Source of the DNA: Oscillospiraceae bacterium | GTDB lineage: Bacteria; Bacillota; Clostridia; Oscillospirales; Oscillospiraceae | Length of the DNA: 39,208 nt | Reading direction: 5' to 3' | NCBI GenBank assembly: GCA_017443965.1 | Contig: JAFSXP010000079.1 | Span: 1-39,208 of the forward strand | Translations under genes and position numbers: made by a program | Part shown: piece after piece, positions 10,254 through 19,451 of the stretch | Layout: every line of letters starts with the position of its first letter | Position numbering within the stretch: position 1 is the first letter of the stretch | The notes under the pieces: generated by a model | Database searches by the model: none | The model's input: only the letters and a program-made list of their open reading frames with translations | What the model was told of the DNA's origin: nothing

Positions 10254-10903
10254 TTCACAACACCGAGGCGGCTGAAATCTCTGCCGCCGGTCACAGCGCC
10301 GCGCGCATCGGTCGTTCTGCCCGGGAACACGCGCAGCAGCACAGACCCGACCACATAGCGCGTATCGACCATGCCGACCGGCGCGTAGCGGCTGTCCGTG
10401 GAATTGTTGCGGTTATCGCCCATGACGAAGATACAGCCCTCCGGCACGGTGGCGGGATAGGTCAGACCGTCGCCGTAGTTCAGATGCGTCAGATCGTTGA
10501 TATACGGCTCGTCCAGCTTCACACCGTCGACCGTGACCGTGCCGAGATCGAAGTCAATGTCCACCGTCTGCCCCTCAGTCGCGATCACGCGCTTGACGAT
10601 CGGCGTGGAATCGAGCTGCGGCACCTCTGGGATCGACTTGGACAGCACGACGATATCGCCATTTTCAAAATGCCGGTCCAGCACGTTGCTGGTCAGCAGC
10701 AGATAGTCGCGGTCGTACAGCGTCGGGTACATACTGCTGCCGTCGACGCCAACAAGTCGGATCACGAACACAAACAGGATCGTCACGATCGTGAGGATCC
10801 ACACAAAATCGCGGAGCGTCGAATAGACCTCAAAGCGCCAGCCGCCGGGCTCCTCCGGCGTCTGCTCTTCCTCCTGCTCCAGGATGATCTCATCGTCCTG
10901 CAT
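10250..10903 (-). CDS. lepB: Signal peptidase I
   Basis: 217 aa. One N-terminal TM helix, GSSMYPTL (catalytic Ser box), KRVIA (Lys box) and GDNRNNSTDSR. ATGA overlap with rbgA. Confidence 0.88.
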   Translation of the reverse strand: MQDDEIILEQEEEQTPEEPGGWRFEVYSTLRDFVWILTIVTILFVFVIRLVGVDGSSMYPTLYDRDYLLLTSNVLDRHFENGDIVVLSKSIPEVPQLDSTPIVKRVIATEGQTVDIDFDLGTVTVDGVKLDEPYINDLTHLNYGDGLTYPATVPEGCIFVMGDNRNNSTDSRYAPVGMVDTRYVVGSVLLRVFPGRTTDARGAVTGGRDFSRLGVVK

Positions 10904-10980
10904 GATCTTCCCTCTTTTCCATGCTGTTCTTCATTCTATTATACACGCTAAGGCGCATAAATGAAAGACTATTTTTACAA

Positions 10981-11013
10981 AAACAGAGCAGGTGCCGAAG
11001 CACCCGCTCTGTT
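10981..11013 (-). terminator. Rho-independent terminator after rplS
   Basis: On the minus strand: aaacagagcgggtgc-ttcg-gcacctgctctgttt followed by tttttgt. Confidence 0.6.
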
Positions 11014-11022
11014 TCCGAAAGC

Positions 11023-11364
11023 TCAGACCTTTTCCCGAACTTTCGCCGCCTTGCCCATGCGGCCGCGCAGATAGTACAGCTTCGCCCTGCGGACCTTGCC
11101 GTGGCGGACGACTTCGACCTCCACAACGTTGGGACCGTGCAGTGGGAAGACCTTCTCGCAGCCGACGCCGTAGGAGATACGGCGGACGGTGATCGTCTCC
11201 TCGATGCCGCCGTGCTTTCTGGCGATGACGGTGCCCTCAAAGACCTGGACACGCTCGCGGGAGCCTTCCTTGATCTTGATGTGCACACGCACGGTGTCGC
11301 CGATGCTGATCTTCGGCAGCTCGGGCTTCATGTACTGGCTGGTGAGAGCCTGCATAAGATCCAT
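11023..11364 (-). CDS. rplS: 50S ribosomal protein L19
   Basis: 114 aa from [13 protein letters not shown]. Contains [22 protein letters not shown] and [13 protein letters not shown] gaaggagg. The track start at 11433 lies in the leader. Confidence 0.95.
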   Translation of the reverse strand: MDLMQALTSQYMKPELPKISIGDTVRVHIKIKEGSRERVQVFEGTVIARKHGGIEETITVRRISYGVGCEKVFPLHGPNVVEVEVVRHGKVRRAKLYYLRGRMGKAAKVREKV

Positions 11365-11456
11365 GATATTGTCCTCCTTCAATTTCAGGTGTTCATGCCG
11401 GCGCGAAACGCGCTCCAGATGGCAGAGGACCACTCTTTATTTTCACAGGCTCGGAT

Positions 11457-11485
11457 ATTTTAACACGGCGTTTTTGAAAAATCAA
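11457..11485 (-). promoter_or_regulatory. Candidate sigma-A promoter of rplS (TTGATT-17 nt-TAAAAT)
   Basis: Near-consensus hexamers with a 17-nt spacer, about 90 nt upstream of the rplS ATG in an AT-rich gap. Confidence 0.45.
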
Positions 11486-11539
11486 GCATTATTTTTGCTT
11501 TTTTCCTGTTTTTTATCCCGCAAATCGGCAAGCCTCCGC

Positions 11540-13939
11540 TTAAAGCGGGTATTCCAGCAGATCCGTCTCCGTTACGACGCCGCCGCAGATACGGAACGTC
11601 TTGATCTCGAACGGTGAAAAATGCGCCGTGAACGACGTATCGGCAAAACGGATCGCCGCGTCGGCAGTCTCGCCGCGCGTCTCGAACAGACGCAGCACGT
11701 CGCCGCCGTCCTGCCCCTGCTTGAGAGCCGTCAGCAGCACGTTTTCCGCGCTGACGGAGACATGCCCCGCGCGCTGCGGCAGCGCGCCGCCGTGGAACGT
11801 CTCGAGCATGGCGTACGGCTTCTGATTGAGCAGCATCGCGTCGCGCCACACAGCCGCCGCGTCAAACGCGCCGTGCGGTTTCAGCGCATAGGCAAACGTC
11901 TGCACGCCCTGATCCATGTAGTTGTAATCCGTGTCCGGCTCGACCGGACGCGGGTCGTGATGCGTATAGATCGGACTGCGAAGCGCCGTGAGACCGATCA
12001 CGTTTCCGCGGAAATCCACGCTGTACTTCCCGTCGTTCAGCAGCGCCAGACCGCAGTCGATGCCGGTGATATCCGCCCAGCTCTGCATCGGCTCTTCGTG
12101 TCCCTTATTTGCCTTTTCAATGTACCCGAACGGCATTGCGGCTCTCGCGATGGGAGACGCGGTATTCACGGGATAGTCCAGCTTCAGCGCACAGCGCTTC
12201 TCGCGCCAGTCGAGTTTGACGTCGACGCGCAGTTTGTCCTCGCCTGCATAGAGCGCGTAAGTCTGCGTCAGGATCGAGTCGCCGTAATACGAACGGTAAC
12301 GGATCGCCGTGCGCACCGCGCCCGTGTCGAGCGGGATGCACTGCGCGTTTCCGAACTCGCCGATCTCATTGTCCAGCGATTTCAGCGTATGCCCCCAGGT
12401 GTCGGTATCGTCGAAGATCACACGGGCGCGGGATGCGCCGACGACCTCTTTTCCGAGGCGCTTATCGAAGATCGACGCGACCGTGCCGCGTTTTTCGTCG
12501 AACATCACACGCAAAAACTCATTTTCCAGCGCATGCGCGTCGGTGACGGTATACGGCTGCATCGACTCCGCCTCGACAAAGCGGAACGTCGCCCAGCCGA
12601 GCGCGGGAACGGACGCGCGGAACGTCACCGTGCAGCGTGTAAAGACCTTGGATGGGCAGTCAACGAACTGGAACGGGACTTCCCTGCCCTCGCTGTCGAG
12701 CAGCTTGTAGGCAGACGGAAGGCGCAGCGTCCGAAACATGCCCATCTCCAGCTCGACCGGCTCGCAGACGTCCCACCCATGCGGATTGAAGACCACGACC
12801 GGCAGCGTGTTTTCGAGTTTCGGGATATCGATGCGGGACGAGATCGCCTGCATCGCGCCGTTTTCGCAGCGATCTGCGATCGCGATCGCTTCGCCGAGTT
12901 GGTTGCGTGCGTCGAAATACGCCGCCTCCGTCGCGGAGCCAGCCAGTGTATCGTGGAATTGGTTGAACAGCACGTTTTTCCACGCGCGGTCGAGACCCTC
13001 TCTGCGGGTATAGACGCCGAGCGCCGTCCCCAGCGCATCGAACTTCTCCGCAGACAGCAGCGCGTTTTCCGCGCGGCGGTTCATGCGTTTGATCATGGAG
13101 CACGCTGCATAGGAGCCCGCCGCGTGATAATGCAGTTCGCCGCGGTAGACGGGCAGCGACGCTTCGTCCAACTCGTCAAAGAACGCGTCGGTGCCGGACA
13201 ACTTGACGTCCAGCGAATCCTTCCGCGCCTCGGCGTACGCCTCGATATCGCGCAGATGCTGCACAGTCGGACCGCCGCCGTGGTTGCCCACGCCGTAGAA
13301 GCCGAGCATATTGCCGACGCCGTACGGCGGCTCGTCGACGATCTGATCCATCAGATCCGCCATCGTAAAGCCCTTTTTCGGCTGCGCGCCGAGGTGATAC
13401 GTGACCGGCAGCCGATACGTCACGACGCGGCTGCCGTCGGGCGACTCCCACAGGAACAGACGCGACGGCAGATCGTCCTTCTCGCCGGGCATCGGACGCA
13501 TGAAGATATAGCGCGACATGCCGGATTTTTTCAGAAGCTGCGGCAGCATGGCGTTGTGCCCGAAGCTGTCCGGACAGAGTCCGCTGACTGCCGTAACGCC
13601 GAATTTCTCCGAAAAATACCGCTGCGCCAGAAGCGCCTGCCGCGCGAACGATTCGCCGCTCGGCACATTGCAGTCCGGCTGGATCCACCAGCCGCCGCAG
13701 ATGTTCCAGCGTCCCTCGCGGACGCGAGCACGGATCTCCTCAAACATCGCGGGATCGTTCTCCTCGATCCACTCATAGAACTGCGCGGAGGTCGTGGTGA
13801 AAACCATGTCGGGAAAATCCTTCATGCGGTCGAGCGCTGAGCGCAGCGTAGCGCGATTTGCCTGATAACCCTCTCGCCAGCTCCACAGCCACACGGGATC
13901 CAGATGTCCCGCGCCGGTCAGATACAGCGTTCGTTTCAT
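11540..13939 (-). CDS. Glycoside hydrolase family 38 alpha-mannosidase (cytoplasmic type)
   Basis: 799 aa with no signal peptide. The N-terminal GAGHLDPVWLW, WWIQPDCN and DSFGH motifs are typical of the GH38 catalytic domain. Confidence 0.85.
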   Translation of the reverse strand: MKRTLYLTGAGHLDPVWLWSWREGYQANRATLRSALDRMKDFPDMVFTTTSAQFYEWIEENDPAMFEEIRARVREGRWNICGGWWIQPDCNVPSGESFARQALLAQRYFSEKFGVTAVSGLCPDSFGHNAMLPQLLKKSGMSRYIFMRPMPGEKDDLPSRLFLWESPDGSRVVTYRLPVTYHLGAQPKKGFTMADLMDQIVDEPPYGVGNMLGFYGVGNHGGGPTVQHLRDIEAYAEARKDSLDVKLSGTDAFFDELDEASLPVYRGELHYHAAGSYAACSMIKRMNRRAENALLSAEKFDALGTALGVYTRREGLDRAWKNVLFNQFHDTLAGSATEAAYFDARNQLGEAIAIADRCENGAMQAISSRIDIPKLENTLPVVVFNPHGWDVCEPVELEMGMFRTLRLPSAYKLLDSEGREVPFQFVDCPSKVFTRCTVTFRASVPALGWATFRFVEAESMQPYTVTDAHALENEFLRVMFDEKRGTVASIFDKRLGKEVVGASRARVIFDDTDTWGHTLKSLDNEIGEFGNAQCIPLDTGAVRTAIRYRSYYGDSILTQTYALYAGEDKLRVDVKLDWREKRCALKLDYPVNTASPIARAAMPFGYIEKANKGHEEPMQSWADITGIDCGLALLNDGKYSVDFRGNVIGLTALRSPIYTHHDPRPVEPDTDYNYMDQGVQTFAYALKPHGAFDAAAVWRDAMLLNQKPYAMLETFHGGALPQRAGHVSVSAENVLLTALKQGQDGGDVLRLFETRGETADAAIRFADTSFTAHFSPFEIKTFRICGGVVTETDLLEYPL

Positions 13940-13968
13940 AACAGCGCCTCCGTTCTCTTTTCAAATCG

Positions 13969-13977
13969 AGTATAGCA
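13969..13977 (-). promoter_or_regulatory. Candidate extended -10 promoter element (TGcTATACT) for the GH38 gene
   Basis: Minus-strand TGCTATACT about 30 nt upstream of the RBS (ggaggc) and ATG. Motif only. Confidence 0.35.
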
Positions 13978-14016
13978 CATCCGTCGGTATTTATCCACAA
14001 AAAAAGCGACCTCGTT

Positions 14017-14508
14017 TTACAGGATCGCTTCGCGCCACGCGCTCGTCAGCCGGTCAAGCGACCACGCTGCGTTCGCGGGGCTTGTGGACGGCAGCTTGAC
14101 CGCCGCAGCGCCGCTGACCGGATAGATATGTTTTTCGTAAAGAGCATACGCCGTGCCGCCGTTGCAGAACACGCGGCTGACGCGGCTTCCTGCAAGGATC
14201 GGGCGGATATCCGCCGCCCTGACGTCGCGGATCGAGCTGTCGCTCGAGCCCACGATGGTGCACGCTTCGATCACGTCGTAAAGCGCGATATGATGCGCCG
14301 ATAAAAATGCTTTCTTTTCTTCGAGCGTCTGCGGCGCAGGCACGTCAAAAACCGCCGCGATCACGCGCCAGAAGCGATTTTGCGGATGCCCGTAGAAAAA
14401 CTTCGCCTCGCGCGATTTGACGGACGGAAAGCTGCCGAGGATCAGCAGCTCGGAATCCGCGTCGAAAAACGGACCGAAATCGGAATGGTCCAGCTTCTGC
14501 GGCTGCAT
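14017..14508 (-). CDS. UDG-superfamily DNA glycosylase (hypoxanthine/deoxyinosine-DNA glycosylase-like)
   Basis: ELLILGSFPSVKS...FFYGHPQNRFW matches the GSFPS-type UDG family. The ATG at 14508 overlaps the thiN stop (TGATG). Confidence 0.7.
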   Translation of the reverse strand: MQPQKLDHSDFGPFFDADSELLILGSFPSVKSREAKFFYGHPQNRFWRVIAAVFDVPAPQTLEEKKAFLSAHHIALYDVIEACTIVGSSDSSIRDVRAADIRPILAGSRVSRVFCNGGTAYALYEKHIYPVSGAAAVKLPSTSPANAAWSLDRLTSAWREAIL

Positions 14509-15125
14509 CACAAGCCCTCCTCCCAAACGACGAGCAGCGTTCCCTCACCCACGGAGATCTCCGCCGATTTTCCGACGAATGCGTTACTGACGCCGAGCGG
14601 GAACGTGTTTTGCAGCGCGACGTGCTCGCATTCGTAGGAAAGTCCGCGGACCGTGACGTCCTCGCAGCGGTCGGTCAGCGAGAACACCGACACTCTGCCG
14701 CTCTCCCGCGCAGGAAGGCGCACGGAGCCGCTGCGGATCGTGCAAAACCGCTCGCTGTCGCCGTAAAACGTGACGGACGCGCCCTTTGCGGCAAGCTCCG
14801 CCGCGATCTGCACGTTGGCAAGCGTGTGGTCCAGCTTGCCGCCGACCGCGCCGAAGATGTGAAAATCTTCGCAGCCGCGCTCAAGCGCAAGGCGCACGGC
14901 GCAGCCGACATCCGTCTCATCCTTGCGGACAGGTAGGCGGATCACATTCTCCCCGACCGGAACATAGCCGAGCGAATCATAATCCCCGATGATCAGATCG
15001 ACGTGAACGCTGAGCTTTTGCGCAGTTTCCAAGCCCTTGTCCGCAGCGATCACATAATCGTTTTCCGTGACCGCAAACGGCAACCGCGCGACGGGCAGCG
15101 CGCCGATGATAATGCACCGCATCAC
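14508..15125 (-). CDS. thiN: Thiamine pyrophosphokinase
   Basis: 205 aa. IAADKG...DLIIGDYDS is the catalytic-domain signature, followed by a C-terminal thiamine-binding beta domain. ATGA overlap with thiT. Confidence 0.85.
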   Translation of the reverse strand: MMRCIIIGALPVARLPFAVTENDYVIAADKGLETAQKLSVHVDLIIGDYDSLGYVPVGENVIRLPVRKDETDVGCAVRLALERGCEDFHIFGAVGGKLDHTLANVQIAAELAAKGASVTFYGDSERFCTIRSGSVRLPARESGRVSVFSLTDRCEDVTVRGLSYECEHVALQNTFPLGVSNAFVGKSAEISVGEGTLLVVWEEGL

Positions 15126-15931
15126 GCTTTTTTCGAAGCGCCGCGCCTGATAAACAAGAAGATCACGGCAAGCGCAACGGTCGCGGCGGCGACGATCAGC
15201 ACCGCTCTGCCGTCCACGGCGGAGAGTCCGGTGATGTCAAATTCGCCGCTTTCGGCGTTCTGCAGATGCGGGAAGACCATGACAGCGAGCACGGCGACTC
15301 CGGCGAGCGCGACGATCCCGGCAAGCCAGCCGAAGACGTTACCGGCGGACGACGCGCCGCGCTGACGCACGATCAGATCGGCGCTGCGAAAATCCAGCAC
15401 CGAACCAAGGAAACTTGCTGCCACGACAGTTACGATCGTCTCAGGGATCATGTAGGTGGCGTTGTAGGAAATCGAATACAGCAGCGCGTCCTCCGTGGGG
15501 ATGGAGAGCCCCGCCCAGACCGTACAGCCGGAGATCACGTGGAAGAGATAGCGGATCACGCAGGCGCACAGTGCACCGAGCGCAAGTCCGGTGCCGCCGT
15601 TATTCACTCTGCGGTACGCCGCGCCCAGCACACAGGACGTGAACGCAAAGAGATAATCAAGGAAAATGATTGCGACCACGGCGGCGGCGGACGTCGCGTA
15701 GGACAGCATATTCAGTCCGAGCAGTACCTGGATCAGGCCGTTTGCGACCGCCGCCAAAAGTCCCCATTTGAAGCCATGGCGGTAGGAAAAGATCACGATG
15801 GGCAACATGGAAGCAAACGTGATGCTTCCGCCGTAGGGCAACTCAAACAGTTTGAGAAGACTGAGGATCGTCGCAAGCGCGAGCATCAGTCCCGCTTCGG
15901 TCAGTTTTCTTGACGTTTTGACTTCTTTCAC
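15122..15931 (-). CDS. thiT: ECF-type thiamine transporter S component ThiT with extra C-terminal 2-TM extension
   Basis: LTEAGLMLALATILS..LPYGGSITFASMLPI is ThiT-like, and the gene lies directly behind a TPP riboswitch. GTG start at 15931 with RBS ggagg 9 nt upstream. The track's ATG at 15967 sits inside the riboswitch terminator stem. Confidence 0.75.
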   Translation of the reverse strand: MKEVKTSRKLTEAGLMLALATILSLLKLFELPYGGSITFASMLPIVIFSYRHGFKWGLLAAVANGLIQVLLGLNMLSYATSAAAVVAIIFLDYLFAFTSCVLGAAYRRVNNGGTGLALGALCACVIRYLFHVISGCTVWAGLSIPTEDALLYSISYNATYMIPETIVTVVAASFLGSVLDFRSADLIVRQRGASSAGNVFGWLAGIVALAGVAVLAVMVFPHLQNAESGEFDITGLSAVDGRAVLIVAAATVALAVIFLFIRRGASKKA

Positions 15932-15954
15932 GGAAATACACCTCCAAAGATAAT

Positions 15955-16085
15955 CGGAAAGCACCACACGCGATCGTATGGTGCTTTCCGAAACGCTCCC
16001 TACGACGGCATGATCCGTATCAGGTCAAAGGGTCCGGGAATCGTCCATCCCATCTCAGCCGGCTTTCGCGCCGACACCCCCGCTG
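15955..16085 (-). promoter_or_regulatory. TPP (THI-box) riboswitch with terminator-type expression platform
   Basis: The minus strand reads GGGGTGTCGGCGCGAAAGCCGGCTGAGATGGGATGGACGATTCCCGGACCCTTTGACCTGATACGGATCATGCCGTCGTAGGGAG. It contains the conserved CTGAGA and ACCCTTTGAACCTGAT..GGAT.ATGCC..CG elements. An 11-bp hairpin follows (ggaaagcacca/tggtgctttcc, 15956-15989) and then a U-rich tract. Confidence 0.85.
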
Positions 16086-16108
16086 TGCAGTTGTGGTGTT
16101 CCGAACAG

Positions 16109-16137
16109 ATGATAGCGCAGAGGGCGCAGATTGTCAA
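16109..16137 (-). promoter_or_regulatory. Candidate sigma-A promoter of the thiamine operon (TTGACA-17 nt-TATCAT)
   Basis: Consensus -35 overlapping the SDR stop codon, a 17-nt spacer and a -10 about 25 nt upstream of the riboswitch P1. Confidence 0.55.
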
Positions 16138-16982
16138 GTTTTTTCGAGGAATCTCTCGGTCGCGCTGCCGTACAGCTTCAGCATCAGCGCGTCGTACCAC
16201 GCAGTCGGCAGCAGCGTCTTGCCGACGACCAGCGCCTTTCCGCCGAAGCCGAACAGATAGCGCGGTCGCGGATGCTTCGCCGCTGCGGCATGATAGATCT
16301 TTTTTGCGACGGTCAGCGGCTGCGTCAACCCCTTGAAGCGCACCGAGCCGGACAGAATGCCCGCGGCGCTGCGGCAGGTCTTTTCGTAGACCGTTCTCGT
16401 GCCCGCCTTGACGAGATTCTCCGCCGCGATCTTCTCCCAGCCGGTGTTGACAAGTCCCGGTTCAATGGCGCTGACGCGAACGCCGAACGGACGCAGCTCC
16501 ATGCGCAGCGCGTCGGTCAGCGCCTCCGCGGCGTACTTGCTGGCGTGATACCAGCCGCCGAAGCCCGTCGTGGCTCTGCCGCCCGCCGACGTGACGTTGA
16601 CGATGCGTCCGCTTCCCTGCGCACGCATGATCGGCGCGGCGAGCGCCGCCATCTGCGCGAGCGCGTGGACGTTGACGTCCATCTGCCGCTTGGCGTCTTC
16701 GTCGGTCACGCACTCAATGGGACCGTATTCGCCATACCCTGCGTTGTTGACCAGCACGTCGAGCCGTCCGGCTTCCGACATAATGCGCCCAAACAGCGCG
16801 CGGCGCTGCGCGTCGTCGCAGACGTCGCAAATCGCCGTGACCGCGCCAAGCTCCGCCTGCAGCTGCAAACGCGCCGCATTTCTTGCGGCGGCATAGACCG
16901 TCCAGCCGTTTTGCAGAAACAGCTCCGACGCGGCGCGTCCGATGCCGGAGCTTGCGCCGGTGATCAAAACCACTCTCTTCAT
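16134..16982 (-). CDS. Short-chain dehydrogenase/reductase (SDR) family oxidoreductase
   Basis: 282 aa. TGASSGIG cofactor motif, NNAG, and the catalytic YxxxK (YHASKYA). Confidence 0.85.
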   Translation of the reverse strand: MKRVVLITGASSGIGRAASELFLQNGWTVYAAARNAARLQLQAELGAVTAICDVCDDAQRRALFGRIMSEAGRLDVLVNNAGYGEYGPIECVTDEDAKRQMDVNVHALAQMAALAAPIMRAQGSGRIVNVTSAGGRATTGFGGWYHASKYAAEALTDALRMELRPFGVRVSAIEPGLVNTGWEKIAAENLVKAGTRTVYEKTCRSAAGILSGSVRFKGLTQPLTVAKKIYHAAAAKHPRPRYLFGFGGKALVVGKTLLPTAWYDALMLKLYGSATERFLEKT

Positions 16983-18343
16983 ACGTCACTCTCCTGTTTC
17001 TCTTCTGCGCGCGTGAGCTTCTTTACCCACCGGTAGCTGTTCACGCGGAGCGACGCGGGAACGCACTTAAAGACCTGATCCGAGTTGAGGAGGATCACCA
17101 CAATGACAGGACTCAGATTCCAGCGGAATGCAGCGAGATACGAAAGCGGCAGCACGATCATCCAGATCGAGATCACGTCCTGCCAGAAGACCCAGCGCGT
17201 ATCGCCGCCGCCGCGAATGATACCGGTGTTGACGGGCATCTGATAGGACATGCCGAGCATCGTGACCACCTCGATAAGGAAGAACGTATTTGCAAGGCGA
17301 TACGTTTCCGGCGAGACGGCGTAGAGGCTTAAGATCGGGACGCGCACCGCGAACAGCAGCGCGCCTGCGACGGCGCCGATGGCAAGAAACAGCACCTGCA
17401 TTGTCCGCACCGCGGGACGCAGGTCCTCCTCCGCGCCGATCTTGCGCCCGATCAGGATGGACGCGGCGTTTGCCGCGCCGACGGAGCCGACCTTGAGCAG
17501 CAGATAGACCGTCGTGGTGATGGAATACGCCGTCATCGACTGCGTGTTCAGGTGTCCTAGGATCGCCGTCTGCAGCGCGTTATTGAGTCCCCACATCGCG
17601 CTCGTCGCCATGATGACAGGCGTGACGCGGGAGTAATCCGCAAGAAGCTGCCGGTCGATCCGCACAAGATCGCGAGAGCGCAGACAGAGCTTCCGATCGC
17701 GGAGCAGGACGTACCCGACGACGATCAGAAATTCCAGGATCCTCGCCACGAGCGTGCCGACCGCCGCGCCGACGACGCCGAGCTCCGGCGAGCCGAAGCG
17801 TCCGAAGATCAGCACGTAATTGACGACGCAGTTGACGACAAGCCCGACCAGCGACGATACGACCGCAAGGCGCACCGTGCCGACGCTTCGCATTGCGCCG
17901 AGCAGCGCGACCGTCAGCACGAACGGCAGATAGGAAAACCGCACGACGGAAAGATACCGCGCCCCCTCAGTAATTACGTCTGGATCGTCCACGAACAGCC
18001 GGACACAGCCGCTCGGCGCAAACGTGACCGCCGCAAAGAACGCCGCGCCGAGCGCCAGCGCGTACAGAAGCGATATTGCTGTCAGCCTGCGGATCGGCTC
18101 CGGACGGTTCTGCCCCCAATACTGGCTGGCAAGCATGACAAGTCCGCCCGAGATGCCGTAGGCGATCTGCTGCAGCACAAACTGGATCTGGTTGACCGCC
18201 GCAACGCCGGAAAGCGCCGTCTCGCTGTAACTGCCGATCATCACGTTGTCCGCCAGATTGACGCTGAGCACGACGATCTGCTCGAGGACAAGCGCCATCA
18301 TCAGCACGAAAAACTCGCGGTAAAAGGACTTTTCGCGTATCAT
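16979..18343 (-). CDS. MATE-family efflux transporter
   Basis: 454 aa, about 12 predicted TM helices. The N-terminal pattern ...LEQIVVLSVNLADNVMIGSY is typical of MATE/NorM proteins. ATGA overlap with the SDR gene. Confidence 0.88.
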   Translation of the reverse strand: MIREKSFYREFFVLMMALVLEQIVVLSVNLADNVMIGSYSETALSGVAAVNQIQFVLQQIAYGISGGLVMLASQYWGQNRPEPIRRLTAISLLYALALGAAFFAAVTFAPSGCVRLFVDDPDVITEGARYLSVVRFSYLPFVLTVALLGAMRSVGTVRLAVVSSLVGLVVNCVVNYVLIFGRFGSPELGVVGAAVGTLVARILEFLIVVGYVLLRDRKLCLRSRDLVRIDRQLLADYSRVTPVIMATSAMWGLNNALQTAILGHLNTQSMTAYSITTTVYLLLKVGSVGAANAASILIGRKIGAEEDLRPAVRTMQVLFLAIGAVAGALLFAVRVPILSLYAVSPETYRLANTFFLIEVVTMLGMSYQMPVNTGIIRGGGDTRWVFWQDVISIWMIVLPLSYLAAFRWNLSPVIVVILLNSDQVFKCVPASLRVNSYRWVKKLTRAEEKQESDV

Positions 18344-18353
18344 AATGCCTCCG

Positions 18354-18392
18354 AAAAACGACCTTCGAAGCAGATGCTCCGAAGGTCGTTTG
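18354..18392 (-). terminator. Rho-independent terminator after the ABC permease gene
   Basis: On the minus strand: aaacgaccttcg-gagcatctgctt-cgaaggtcgttt followed by tttttc. Confidence 0.55.
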
Positions 18393-18401
18393 GATCAAAT
18401 G

Positions 18402-19448
18402 TCACTCGCCGTGCTTTTTGCGAAGCTGCGGACCGAGGACCTGGATGACGATTGCAACGAGCAGGATCGCACCCTTGATAGAGTCGTTGACGAGCGACGA
18501 CACGTTCATGGCGTTGATGATCTTATCGATCAGCGTATAGCTGAAAGTACCGAAGACGATGCCCAGCATCCTGCCCTTGCCGCCCGACATGGCAATACCG
18601 CCGAGCACGACCGCCGCAATGGCGTACATCTCGTTGCTGACGCCGGCGGTCGAGGGATCGACGCCGCTCTGCTGACCGAGCCACATAATGGCGCCGATGC
18701 CGCAGAGAAGTCCCGTGATCGTGAAGACCGAGGTGCGGTTCCACTCGACGTTGACGCCCGCCATGTGCGCCGCCTTGGCGTTGGAGCCGATGGCATACAG
18801 ACGCTTGCCGTACTTGGTGGAGGTCGAGATGTAGATCAGGATGACCGCGATCACAAGGAACAGCAGTCCGATATACGGCAGCGCGCCGAACAGGTCGCGG
18901 TTGCCGAAGGCGTACATGCCGTCTCTCGCCGGACCGTTGAGCAGCTTATACACGTTGCCGCTGCCGGTGCCGCCGGTCACGCTGTTGTCGATGATGTTGC
19001 AGGCGTATTTGGAGACCGAGCGGTAGATCAGCTGTGTGGCGAGCGTTACGATGAACGCAGGCAGCTTCAGTTTGCCGATCATCGCGCCGTTGACGAAACC
19101 GAGCAGCGTGCCGCCGACAATGCAGAACAGAACGGTGATCGTGATCACCAGACCGCTCGGCACGTTCGCAAGCACCAAAAGGTTGAAGATGACGCAGGCG
19201 AACGAGGCGATGCAGGACAGGATCGCGCCGACCGAAAGGTCGATGTCGCCCGTGATGATGATCATGCCCATGCCGAGTCCGAGCACGCCGATGATCGCAC
19301 TGTGGTACATGAAGATGTTGGTGAAGAGCTTCAGCGACATCCTGCCGTTGATGATCCAGTATGCGGCAAACAGGACGAGGCAGATCAGAATATAGGAGTA
19401 CTGCCCGATCGAAAAACTATTTTTCTTTTTCAAGGTTGTGGTGCTCAT
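18402..19448 (-). CDS. Monosaccharide ABC transporter permease (CUT2, RbsC/YtfT-like)
   Basis: 348 aa, polytopic. Carries the GGIDLSVG-like motif TGDIDLSVGA characteristic of the RbsC/BPD_transp_2 family. Confidence 0.88.
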   Translation of the reverse strand: MSTTTLKKKNSFSIGQYSYILICLVLFAAYWIINGRMSLKLFTNIFMYHSAIIGVLGLGMGMIIITGDIDLSVGAILSCIASFACVIFNLLVLANVPSGLVITITVLFCIVGGTLLGFVNGAMIGKLKLPAFIVTLATQLIYRSVSKYACNIIDNSVTGGTGSGNVYKLLNGPARDGMYAFGNRDLFGALPYIGLLFLVIAVILIYISTSTKYGKRLYAIGSNAKAAHMAGVNVEWNRTSVFTITGLLCGIGAIMWLGQQSGVDPSTAGVSNEMYAIAAVVLGGIAMSGGKGRMLGIVFGTFSYTLIDKIINAMNVSSLVNDSIKGAILLVAIVIQVLGPQLRKKHGE

Positions 19449-19451
19449 ACG

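Noticed and set aside
14017-15125. A functional link between the UDG-like glycosylase and the thiamine salvage operon (TGATG overlap with thiN).
   Set aside because: Translational coupling is real in the sequence, but no known biochemical connection exists. It is most simply operon hitch-hiking in a compact genome.
15932-16336. Track ORFs 16000..16200 (minus) and 16010..16336 (plus), and the ATG at 15967 as the thiT start.
   Set aside because: They overlap the TPP riboswitch aptamer and terminator stem, which explains the sequence better. A GTG with a good RBS at 15931 follows the terminator.
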